NCBI GenBank assembly: GCA_943788985.1
Contig: CALSSJ010000007.1
Location: 1-64,000 of the forward strand
Source of the DNA: an uncultured Lentisphaerales bacterium
Lineage (GTDB): Bacteria; Verrucomicrobiota; Lentisphaeria; JABSQK01; UBA12247
Length of the DNA: 64,000 nt
Reading direction: 5' to 3'
A program made the position numbers and the translations under genes. The notes beneath the pieces are model-generated. The model did not search any database, was not told the origin of the DNA, and worked only from the letters and a program-made list of their open reading frames with translations. This document shows, in pieces, positions 55,755 to 64,000 of the stretch (position 1 is its first letter; each line of letters opens with the position of its first letter).

Positions 55755-56068
55755 CGCCTTCCTCCATTCAGTCGCTCAGTTCGCATCCGTGCAGTTACTG
55801 TGCAGGCCACAGGTCAATCCGCAAAGCTACGAGGTGATGTTTATCGGTACTGGCATTCAGATCGAGACACCGCCGAATCTTACGCGAGGAACGGACGCAT
55901 TAGTGACGTCTATATATGTGGTGCCCAAATGATGTGCCCTCATTTGATTGACAGGTCCGACACGATACTGTTTTGGTTTACTCATCTGAGCACAATCTCA
56001 GATTCTGCGCCAAATTGATGGTGAAAATTGCCCACGCTCGACAAGATGATTAGCTTGGTTTCTTCCGT

Positions 56069-58096
56069 ATGACGCTCCGTAATTGGCTACGCGGCGGATC
56101 GCTCGGATTTCTGGGCGTGTTCCTAATCACCGGGCTCACCTATTTCAACGACAGCTTGCTGCAAGGCACGTTCCTAATCGGGAACAACATGCCGTTCAGT
56201 GTCTATGGCACGCTCGTATTGATACTGGTGGCAAACGGAGCGGTTTACGGTGTGGCACGCAAGCTGGCGCTGACCGGGCCCGAGGTGGCACTGGCCATGG
56301 GGCTGACTCTGGCAGCCTGCTGTATCCCGGGCTCGGGGCTGATGCGGACGTTTCCCAGCAGCATTATCCTGCCGCATCACTACGCCAAGACCAAGATCGC
56401 CTGGCAGAATTCTGATATTCTCTCGTACACACCCAACCAGATGCTTGTGGACGTGTCGGGCGATGAGAGCGGCGTGCTGCTCGAATATATCCAAGGACGA
56501 GACGGCAAGCCCGGAGATCCGCCGTGGGGTGCCTGGATGGAGACCCTGGGATTCTGGATCCCGCTGGTTCTGCTGATCTGGTTTGCCCTGCTTGGGCTCG
56601 CGCTGGTGGTGCATCGCCAGTGGTCGGAACATGAGCACCTGCCGTATCCCCTTGCCACCTTTGTCGAATCCCTGCTGCCGTCGGATAACGGGGAGAAGTC
56701 CAGCGTCTTTCGCAGCCGGTCGTTCTGGGGTGCCTTCACCGTGGTCTTCCTGATCTACACGAATAACTACTTGGTGACGGTCACCGAGATTCCCTGGATT
56801 CAAATGAACCTGTCGGTCGATATGCAGACGATCTTTCGCTACTTTGGGATCGTGAGCCCCGGACGAATGGGCGCGCTGACCATTTACTTCAGCGTCATCG
56901 CCTTTGCCTTTTTCATTGCCACGCACGTCTCGTTTTCGGTCGGGATCTCGGCGTTTCTACACGCCATTTTGGTTACAGTGCTGGTGGGAGCTGGTCTAAA
57001 TATCAACGACGGCGGCTATTTCGCACCGAATCCGCAGAAGTTCATGATCTTCGGGGCATTCCTGATGACGGCGCTGATCGTGGTCTATATCGGCCGAGAC
57101 TACTACAAGCGCGTCGTCATGGCAGCAGTGGGCGCTGGTAAAGGCGGGCAGAAGATTGAGAGACACGCCATCATTGGCCTCTGGCTGGCCGTAGTTGCGA
57201 CCATCGTAGCAATCGCCTGGATTACGCAATTGGGGCTGGACTGGCAGATTTCGACGCTGTACATCCTTTTCACCCTGATGTGTTTCTTTATTCTCTCCCG
57301 CATCCTCGCCGAGACAGGGCTGTTTTTCGTGCAGGCGTACTGGCTGCCATGCACCATTCTCATTGGCGCCCTGGGCCCCCAGGCGCTGGGTACCTCAACC
57401 ATGATCACGTTACTGCTGCTCAGTATGGTCCTGCTGGTCGATCCGCGGGAGGCGTTTATGCCCTTTATCGTGAATGTGTTGCGGGTCTCGGATCGCAAGA
57501 AGGTGAAACTTCCAGCCATGAGCGGTGGCATCATGGTCGCAGTGGTAGTCGGGCTGCTATTCTGCACTTGGTTGACCGTCGGCCTGCACTACCGCTACGG
57601 CGGCCCGATGATGGATGTCTGGGCGACAGCCATGGTTCCGGTAATGCCGTTCGATACCGTCATCAAGGAGCATCAGCGCCTGGAAGCACAGGGCACCCGT
57701 GAACAGGCAGACGCGATTTCTGGCTTTGCCCGGTTTGGCGCGGCCAAACCGCAGGAAACCGATTTCAGCATCTTCTTTGCCTTGGGAATGGGGCTCGTTT
57801 TACTCTGCACGATGGCCCGCTTACGCTGGACCTGGTGGCCGTTGCATCCGGTCGCCTTCTTGATCTGGGCGAGTATGCCAGCCTATGCCTTTGCCTGGAG
57901 CTTTCTCATTGGCTGGGGGATTAAGGCCGCAGTCATGAAGTACGGCGGTGGCACCGTCTACCAGAAACTCAAGCCGCTAATGTTTGGCCTGATCGCCGGA
58001 GAGCTCGTGGCTCTGCTCATCCCGTCACTCATCAGTATCCTCTGGTTTGTCGTGACTGGTGATAAACTCCCACCCTTCAGGGTGATGCCAGGATGA
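56069..58096 (+). CDS. large polytopic membrane protein (DUF6785/DUF6784-like, putative peptide transporter)
   Basis: 675 aa, many TMs; PWGAW..W, HRQWSEHEHLPYPL, RILAETG, WWPLHPVAF, GWGIKAAVMKYGG..Y..LKP..GLIAGE. Confidence 0.75.
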   Translation: MTLRNWLRGGSLGFLGVFLITGLTYFNDSLLQGTFLIGNNMPFSVYGTLVLILVANGAVYGVARKLALTGPEVALAMGLTLAACCIPGSGLMRTFPSSIILPHHYAKTKIAWQNSDILSYTPNQMLVDVSGDESGVLLEYIQGRDGKPGDPPWGAWMETLGFWIPLVLLIWFALLGLALVVHRQWSEHEHLPYPLATFVESLLPSDNGEKSSVFRSRSFWGAFTVVFLIYTNNYLVTVTEIPWIQMNLSVDMQTIFRYFGIVSPGRMGALTIYFSVIAFAFFIATHVSFSVGISAFLHAILVTVLVGAGLNINDGGYFAPNPQKFMIFGAFLMTALIVVYIGRDYYKRVVMAAVGAGKGGQKIERHAIIGLWLAVVATIVAIAWITQLGLDWQISTLYILFTLMCFFILSRILAETGLFFVQAYWLPCTILIGALGPQALGTSTMITLLLLSMVLLVDPREAFMPFIVNVLRVSDRKKVKLPAMSGGIMVAVVVGLLFCTWLTVGLHYRYGGPMMDVWATAMVPVMPFDTVIKEHQRLEAQGTREQADAISGFARFGAAKPQETDFSIFFALGMGLVLLCTMARLRWTWWPLHPVAFLIWASMPAYAFAWSFLIGWGIKAAVMKYGGGTVYQKLKPLMFGLIAGELVALLIPSLISILWFVVTGDKLPPFRVMPG

Positions 58097-58968
58097 GTCG
58101 CGAAATGCAGACCGTATCTTGGCTGGGCATATCTATAGACGTACCGGCGGAATGGGAATTGCTCCAATTCTCCCGCATGGCTAAGGCCGGAAATCTGGCT
58201 TGGGCCGATCGTTATGAGTTTCGCCTGGAGCTGACCTGGAAGGAAGCTGCCAGTGCCCCGGATCTCGATCGCATCATGGATGACTATAAAGCAAGCCTGG
58301 TGGAGGAAGACCAGCCAGCGCCACAGCCGACATCGTGGGGGACCTGGCAAGGCTTGGTGGATGTCCAGCCTGGCGGCATGTCCCGATATGGCCATTACGA
58401 GGAAAGCGTCGGCCGTCTGTTAGAGCTGGTTTTTCTCTGGGAGAAGGAGCGGGACATGGACTTGGAATACGCCGTGCTCAACAGCGTCAAGCCTGTGGAC
58501 CACTGGCAGGCCTTTGGCTTGGAAGTGCGAACTCCGCAATTCCTGGAAATGACCGAATGCACCGTCCAGCCGGCCAATGTGCAGTGGACCTTCAGCGACA
58601 GTAAAAAGGCCAAGCATTCCTGGCACTTCGAGCGCATGGGCATGCTTGACGCTTGGCTCAACGTCCCGCTGGCTGCCTGGCTGCTCGGGAAGGAGCCAGT
58701 GGACCTGATCGATCGTCAGCCACAAGAAGCTCAGATCGCGGGTCATGACCTTGCCACCGTCACGGGGTTCGTGCCCGCCCTAAAATTTCCGCAGTTCAGC
58801 AAGCGCAGTGGCCGCTTTATCGGCGCGGCATGGGTCTGCCCCGTGGACAACCGCCTGTACTATGCCTCCATGATCGTGCCGCGTGACTACGAGGCCACGC
58901 CACAGCTGTTCGGCGGCAGCCTGCGTTGCTGCCCGGCCTGTACCAGCCATTCATTGGCGGCATCATGA
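58093..58968 (+). CDS. conserved-looking hypothetical cytoplasmic protein
   Basis: ATGA overlaps on both sides; two similar W-x-G-x-x-x-x-x-P segments. Confidence 0.75.
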   Translation: MSREMQTVSWLGISIDVPAEWELLQFSRMAKAGNLAWADRYEFRLELTWKEAASAPDLDRIMDDYKASLVEEDQPAPQPTSWGTWQGLVDVQPGGMSRYGHYEESVGRLLELVFLWEKERDMDLEYAVLNSVKPVDHWQAFGLEVRTPQFLEMTECTVQPANVQWTFSDSKKAKHSWHFERMGMLDAWLNVPLAAWLLGKEPVDLIDRQPQEAQIAGHDLATVTGFVPALKFPQFSKRSGRFIGAAWVCPVDNRLYYASMIVPRDYEATPQLFGGSLRCCPACTSHSLAAS

Positions 58969-59330
58969 CCGAAGATCGCAAAACCTGGCGCCTCATGCTG
59001 GCCGGTGTGCCTGTGGCAAACCAAGCCGCAAAAGTCACCTATGTCGACAACTGCGCGCGCATTCTGGTGAAGCGCCACAAGCCGCATTTCCTGATTGCGC
59101 CGCTCTCCTGGGTCATCCGCCCACGTCTTGAGCGCACGGTGGAGCTGGAAGCCCTCGGAACCTACGTGTACGAGCTCTGTGATGGAAAACGTGATGTGGA
59201 ACGGATTGTCGATCGGTTCTGCGCGCGGTACAGTCTTACCTTTCACGAAGCACGCGTGCTTGTCACCAGTTTCCTCCGGGGCTTGGTTGAACGCGGTGTG
59301 GTCGTTATCGTCAGTCCGGAGCGTTCATGA
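58965..59330 (+). CDS. PqqD-family / RRE domain protein
   Basis: VELEALGTYVYELCDGKRDVERIV..FLRGLVERGVV winged-helix RRE pattern. Confidence 0.85.
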   Translation: MTEDRKTWRLMLAGVPVANQAAKVTYVDNCARILVKRHKPHFLIAPLSWVIRPRLERTVELEALGTYVYELCDGKRDVERIVDRFCARYSLTFHEARVLVTSFLRGLVERGVVVIVSPERS

Positions 59331-60760
59331 AACAGATCGACGTCAAGGATCAGCCAAGTTTGGGCGCAGCGCGCACCCTGCGCTTGACCATCAATGGCAT
59401 TCGCTATCGCCTGTTTCGTTCCGCTGTAACCGTGACCGTGATTGTGGTCGCTATCGCCTTCCTCACCAACAGCCTGGCTGAAGGCTTGGTGCGCCGCGCG
59501 GTGGCTGCGGACACCACAAAAGAATTGAAAACAGTCGGCAAGGCCCGCTCTTGGGCGGGACAGCTACAGTCCGTGGGAACCCGCACCGGCATCCTGGATG
59601 CCTTGGTCGCTGGAGAGCCAATCTTTGGCCCCACCCCAGACGCCACGCTGCTTGGCCAACTGAGCCAGACCCAGACGCTGATCCAATCACTAGAATCGCT
59701 GTCATACGGGCATCGCCGAACGCTCGTGCATAATCGCACAGGCACCACCATGCTGGACTACTTGGCCACCACTGATCAACGCGCAGCGACCGAAGCAGCC
59801 CTGACCACCAATCGGCGGATTCGCCTCAGCGCCGAGGGGCCCGCCCTGGGAGCAATCCTCGATGCGTGGCCAACAGTATCCGCAGCGATCGACGCCGAAT
59901 CAGCGGCCCGCAAAGCCGCGCTGAAGGCCCTAGCCCCCGCCTTGGCCGGGAGTACCCCGCTGGAGTGCCTGACTGAGGCGGACGGCCCATTCGGCAAGCA
60001 GATGCTCGACGCAGGCGTACCATTCCCGAGTGCCGACAGTGCGCTCATCGCGGAACAGGCCAAGGAGGCGCTCGAGCAAGCCAAGCTCGAGAAATTCATG
60101 AGTATGGCCAGCGTACGACAGCGTGTCGCTGCGAGACAAGATCTTCTCCCCAACGATGTGACCGCGCCATACCTCTGGAAGTCGCTCCGCAGCAAAAAGT
60201 TCGCCGATTGGTTTGCGACAGCCTGCGCTGAAGAGGACCCCGAAGCGGTGCTTGCGGGAGAGCGCCTGCAGGAGCTGGCCGAGCACTACCGCGCCCATCG
60301 GCGCCTGGAATCCGCCGCAGCCCTCGGCGCCGGGATCAGTGGTGGTTTTCTTGGCCTTGGCCCGCGCCTTGGCTGGCTGCTGTTGATCTCCATGATGGTC
60401 TGTGGTGTCGGCATCGCTAACGCCATGTTGATGACTGTCACCGAGCGTTTCAAGGAAATTGCCACCCTTAAGTGCCTGGGGGCGCTGGATGGTTTCGTGA
60501 TGTTGACCTTCGTGCTTGAGGCCAGCCTACTCGGACTGGCTGGCGGCTCAGTCGGGTCGGTCTTGGGGATGGGAATTGGGCTCATGCGCATGACCACCGT
60601 ATATGGTAGCCGCGCGATCAGCGCCGGTAGCGTCACCGAGTTTTTGCTCGGTATTCTCGCGGCCGTTGCGGTGGGGATCCTGCTGGCCATTGCTGCCGCC
60701 ATCTATCCCTCGCTTCGCGCCTCGCGCCTCGCCCCGATGGAGGCGATGCGCGTAGAATGA
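59327..60760 (+). CDS. FtsX/MacB-type ABC permease
   Basis: N-terminal TM, large extracytoplasmic domain, GIANAMLMTVTERFKEIATLKCLGA, YPSLRASRLAPMEAMR. Confidence 0.9.
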   Translation: MKQIDVKDQPSLGAARTLRLTINGIRYRLFRSAVTVTVIVVAIAFLTNSLAEGLVRRAVAADTTKELKTVGKARSWAGQLQSVGTRTGILDALVAGEPIFGPTPDATLLGQLSQTQTLIQSLESLSYGHRRTLVHNRTGTTMLDYLATTDQRAATEAALTTNRRIRLSAEGPALGAILDAWPTVSAAIDAESAARKAALKALAPALAGSTPLECLTEADGPFGKQMLDAGVPFPSADSALIAEQAKEALEQAKLEKFMSMASVRQRVAARQDLLPNDVTAPYLWKSLRSKKFADWFATACAEEDPEAVLAGERLQELAEHYRAHRRLESAAALGAGISGGFLGLGPRLGWLLLISMMVCGVGIANAMLMTVTERFKEIATLKCLGALDGFVMLTFVLEASLLGLAGGSVGSVLGMGIGLMRMTTVYGSRAISAGSVTEFLLGILAAVAVGILLAIAAAIYPSLRASRLAPMEAMRVE

Positions 60761-60800
60761 AGAGGCACCTTCCAGAATTCCCCAAGGTAAGGGCGCCGGC

Positions 60801-61595
60801 ATGAGCGAAACATCCACCGAACAGCCAGCAGCGGCTCCTGCTGGCGCTGCTTCTACCGACGCCCCGGTCATCATTCGGACTGTCCACCTGAAGAAGGAAT
60901 ACGACCGAAAGGGTGTGATTACGCAGGCGCTACGCGGTGTGGACATGACGATCCATTCTTCGGAATTCATCGCGGTTATGGGACCGTCCGGCTCCGGAAA
61001 AAGTACCTTTTTCAATATGATCGGTGGCTTGGACAGCCCCTCGTCTGGCCGTGTCTTCATCGACGAGGTAGACGTCGCCCAGCTGTCAGCCGGAGAACTC
61101 GCGTTTCTGCGCTGCCGCAAGATCGGCTACATTTTCCAGAGCTATAATCTCATCCAGTACCAGACCGCACTGGAGAACGTCACCACGCCCATGGCTTTCG
61201 CGGGAGTAGATCCTGATGAGGCGCGACGCCGTGGCATGGAACTGCTCGATCTGGTCGGGTTGAAAGACCGCTGGTTTCATCGCCCTATCGAAATGTCCGG
61301 TGGCCAGCAACAGCGTGTGGCCATTGCCCGCTCACTGGCAAATAACCCCATGATCTTGCTGGCCGACGAGCCCACGGCCAACTTGGACCTGCGGACGGGC
61401 CAGGAAGTGCTAAACATCTTGCAGCGTGTGAACGAAGAGAAGCAGGTGACCATTATTTGTGCCACTCACGATCACCGCATGTTGTCTATTTGCGATCGCC
61501 TGATCTGGATTCGCGATGGCGGCATCGAGCGCATCGCTCGCCGAGACGAGGTCAACATCGAGGTTGGCGCCATCGAAGGCGAGGAGGACGAATGA
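60801..61595 (+). CDS. ABC transporter ATP-binding protein (LolD/MacB type)
   Basis: GPSGSGKST, IFQSYNL, MSGGQQQRVAIAR, LADEPT, ATHD. Confidence 0.95.
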   Translation: MSETSTEQPAAAPAGAASTDAPVIIRTVHLKKEYDRKGVITQALRGVDMTIHSSEFIAVMGPSGSGKSTFFNMIGGLDSPSSGRVFIDEVDVAQLSAGELAFLRCRKIGYIFQSYNLIQYQTALENVTTPMAFAGVDPDEARRRGMELLDLVGLKDRWFHRPIEMSGGQQQRVAIARSLANNPMILLADEPTANLDLRTGQEVLNILQRVNEEKQVTIICATHDHRMLSICDRLIWIRDGGIERIARRDEVNIEVGAIEGEEDE

Positions 61596-64000
61596 AAATC
61601 GGTTCTGCCAAAATTCTTGCCGCTTGCCTAAGCCTGTGTCTTTCCCTCTACGCTGGGACATTTAGCGAGGACACAGCGGCGCTGACTTCCACCCCCACCC
61701 GCCTGCTGGGCACCCCTGGCAACGACGCGGCACATGCCTATGTCATCAGCCAGCTCAAGGAAGCAGGCCTAGCCCCGATTGAACAGCCATTCCGCTTTGC
61801 CAAGTATGCCGCCGGGCGTAACGAGTTGGTAGCAGCTGGGAAGTCGCTGCAGTTGCAGCCGATGGCGCCCAATATGATCATTCCGCCAGTCACACCTCTC
61901 GAGGGGGTTACCGGCTGGCTGATTGACGTAGGCGACGGCTCGCTGGCCAACTATCCGCACCCGCTGCCGGACGGCATGATCGTGGTGATGGACTACGCAA
62001 ACGGAGACCGCTGGCGTGATGCGTTTCGCTGCGGAGCCCAGGCCGTTATCTTTGTCGGCGCCCCCGGAGATACCTCGCGCGAATCACAACATTCACTGGC
62101 TCCAGCCAACCTCATACGCGCCTACTACGGGGGCCCACGCTCCGCATTGCCCGTGGCACAGACAGTCACCTTGCACGTCAGTGCGAACTGGGCACCGACC
62201 ATCGCGACCAACGTCATCGCAGTCGTACGAGGGACAGATCCCATCTATGACGAGGATCGCGGTCCAGAGTCTGTGATACTTTCGGCACCGCTCGACTCGT
62301 CAGGCGAGGTCCCACACCGCGCCCCGGGCGCACGCAATGCCGCAAACATGGCCGCCTTGCTCCAAATCGCCCGCGACTACCAAGCCAATCCCCCGCGGCG
62401 CAACACCATCTTCGCGTTCCTGGATGCGGACGCTTGGGGACATCTCGGTGCCGGCTACTTCTACCGTATTTTTGAGCGTGAAAAACTGCTTGGAAACGCT
62501 GCGCTGAGCATCCGCCAGACCTCTTCCCAGGACGAACAGAGCCATTGGGAAACCGTGCTGGAGCAGCTAGCCCAAGATGACCCGTTCAGTGGCGACAAAG
62601 GCGCGCTGATTCTGAAGGAGATGCAGGACTTGGCGTCCGAGAAAGTCGACCGACTCAACGAGGACATCGGCATACTCCGCCTCGCCCAGGAACGGGACAA
62701 GGCAGACCATGCAGCCGAGATTGAGGATCTGGCGACGGAGAAAACCGAATGGAATACGATGCGTCGGTTCGTGGCCACCGAAGACCCAGCAGATTTCAAT
62801 GAGACCGTTGACAAGCGTCGAAGCCAGCTAATTACTGAGTTTCAGGAAAATATCCAAGCTCGCAAGGAAGAACTGGCTACGAAAACCCTCGCCCAAGTGG
62901 CAGAGGCAGCGGTTTTGGAGCAGGCCGGAGGCCCCTTTGTCTCCCTCCATATCTCACTTGCCCTGAGCGATGCCAGCGAGCACTGGGGCGTGGCCATCGG
63001 CGGCGCTTCGCTCTCGCGCACCGGGTACGATATTGACGGCCTTTATTCGCGCATCGGCGCCGCCTGTCAGTCCGCCGCCGCAGACTGCGGATCCGAAATG
63101 ATGGCCGTACAATCGTTCGACGGCAGCCTGGCCAGAGGGGACGCGATCATGGGGACATCCCGCTACACGCACAGCGGTGCTATCGCTGGCATGCAGGGAA
63201 TCTACAACATTTCGCTGGCAACAGTATTCGACTCACGCCCTCGCGAAGGCACCCCCCAGGACACCGTCGCCGCGCTGAATCTCCCGCGCCTTGCCGCGCT
63301 GGCCGCCGACCTGCAGCCCTTCCTGCGCAAGCTGATCGATGAGCCGATGATTTCTAGCGCCCGCGGGATTCGCCCAAGCGCCTTCTACCTTTGGCCCGAG
63401 TTTGACGGGGATAAGGTTAGGGGCGCGCTGGCGGTAAGCGCCGCAGGCGGCAGTTCGATGCCGAATAAACGCACGGTAAACGTCATGGTTTGGTCGCAGC
63501 TGGGCGATCACGCAGCTGCGATGCAGGCAAAGCACATCCCCGGATTTCACGATGGTTTTTTTGCCTTTACAGATCACTCGGGTGCCCTCGAAATGGGGCC
63601 ATTCCCGAGCGTTCGGCGGCCGTCATGGGTCTATGGCTTTGCCGCCACTTTCGACGACCGTGGTGCGGTCACTCGCGCCCTGGCCGACGACAGCGCCTCC
63701 AAGCTTCACGAACGGATGAATCTGTTCGACGTAAGTCATGGCGCCGTTATCCTGCCAGCCACGCTTGACGCCACCTTCAAAGCTGACGTGTTGGACGCCA
63801 GAACAGACGGAAAGCTTGAGCCAAAACGCAGCGCCGTCCTCACGACCGATGGTGTGACTTCCTGGTTCTGTCCCAAAAAAATCACGCGCGTCAAGCTCTT
63901 CCAGGCGGGCCACCGGGCCACCATTTCTATTCTAGGAGCCGAAGGTGAGGTCGCGACGACCGGAAGCGCGCTGGGCAAGGGAATCCCAGTATCGGGTAAA
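61592..64000 (+). CDS. secreted M28-peptidase-fold/PA-domain protein, partial (runs off window)
   Basis: Hand-translated: ATGA overlap, open for 803 codons; signal peptide; RLLGTPGN, NVIAVVRG, VILSAPLDS, APGARNAANMAALLQIAR, PPRRNTIFAFLD, EGTPQDT. Confidence 0.85.
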   Translation, partial: MKIGSAKILAACLSLCLSLYAGTFSEDTAALTSTPTRLLGTPGNDAAHAYVISQLKEAGLAPIEQPFRFAKYAAGRNELVAAGKSLQLQPMAPNMIIPPVTPLEGVTGWLIDVGDGSLANYPHPLPDGMIVVMDYANGDRWRDAFRCGAQAVIFVGAPGDTSRESQHSLAPANLIRAYYGGPRSALPVAQTVTLHVSANWAPTIATNVIAVVRGTDPIYDEDRGPESVILSAPLDSSGEVPHRAPGARNAANMAALLQIARDYQANPPRRNTIFAFLDADAWGHLGAGYFYRIFEREKLLGNAALSIRQTSSQDEQSHWETVLEQLAQDDPFSGDKGALILKEMQDLASEKVDRLNEDIGILRLAQERDKADHAAEIEDLATEKTEWNTMRRFVATEDPADFNETVDKRRSQLITEFQENIQARKEELATKTLAQVAEAAVLEQAGGPFVSLHISLALSDASEHWGVAIGGASLSRTGYDIDGLYSRIGAACQSAAADCGSEMMAVQSFDGSLARGDAIMGTSRYTHSGAIAGMQGIYNISLATVFDSRPREGTPQDTVAALNLPRLAALAADLQPFLRKLIDEPMISSARGIRPSAFYLWPEFDGDKVRGALAVSAAGGSSMPNKRTVNVMVWSQLGDHAAAMQAKHIPGFHDGFFAFTDHSGALEMGPFPSVRRPSWVYGFAATFDDRGAVTRALADDSASKLHERMNLFDVSHGAVILPATLDATFKADVLDARTDGKLEPKRSAVLTTDGVTSWFCPKKITRVKLFQAGHRATISILGAEGEVATTGSALGKGIPVSGK

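Noticed and set aside
55944..55976. TTGACA as the -35 box of the final operon
   Set aside because: No convincing -10 box at 16-18 bp spacing
58965..59330. PQQ biosynthesis or RiPP cluster
   Set aside because: No pqqA/B/C/E, radical SAM, lasso cyclase or precursor visible; the AsnB at 47 kb has a full glutaminase domain and a glycan context

Overview
64 kb of GC-rich bacterial chromosome. The 16S motifs (GGCATGGATTAGGCATGCAAG, GTCGAGAATCTTCCGCAATG) and the gene families present (H-X9-DG pilin-like module, sulfatase, Zn-ribbon Ser/Thr kinase) point to the PVC superphylum, most plausibly Lentisphaerae; this is inference and needs a 16S search. Contents in order: a Flp/TadE/TadG pilin cassette; a TerY-P triad (vWA, PP2C, kinase) whose kinase extends into a membrane-spanning beta-propeller receptor-like protein; cutA; repeat-rich, pseudogene-containing intergenic DNA; housekeeping genes (recD2, hisB, HIT, yitJ-like, efpL, patB, nadA); one complete tRNA-less 16S-23S-5S operon on the minus strand; a surface-glycan modification cluster. 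The last 8 kb hold an uncharacterised operon: a large polytopic membrane protein, a hypothetical protein, a stand-alone PqqD/RRE protein, an FtsX-type permease, an ABC ATPase, and a >800-aa secreted M28-peptidase-fold protein that has lost its zinc ligands and is missing from the ORF track. That operon is the best candidate for an undescribed system. Single-base frameshifts in pfkB and asnB may be assembly errors. All family calls come from motif recognition by eye, not database searches.
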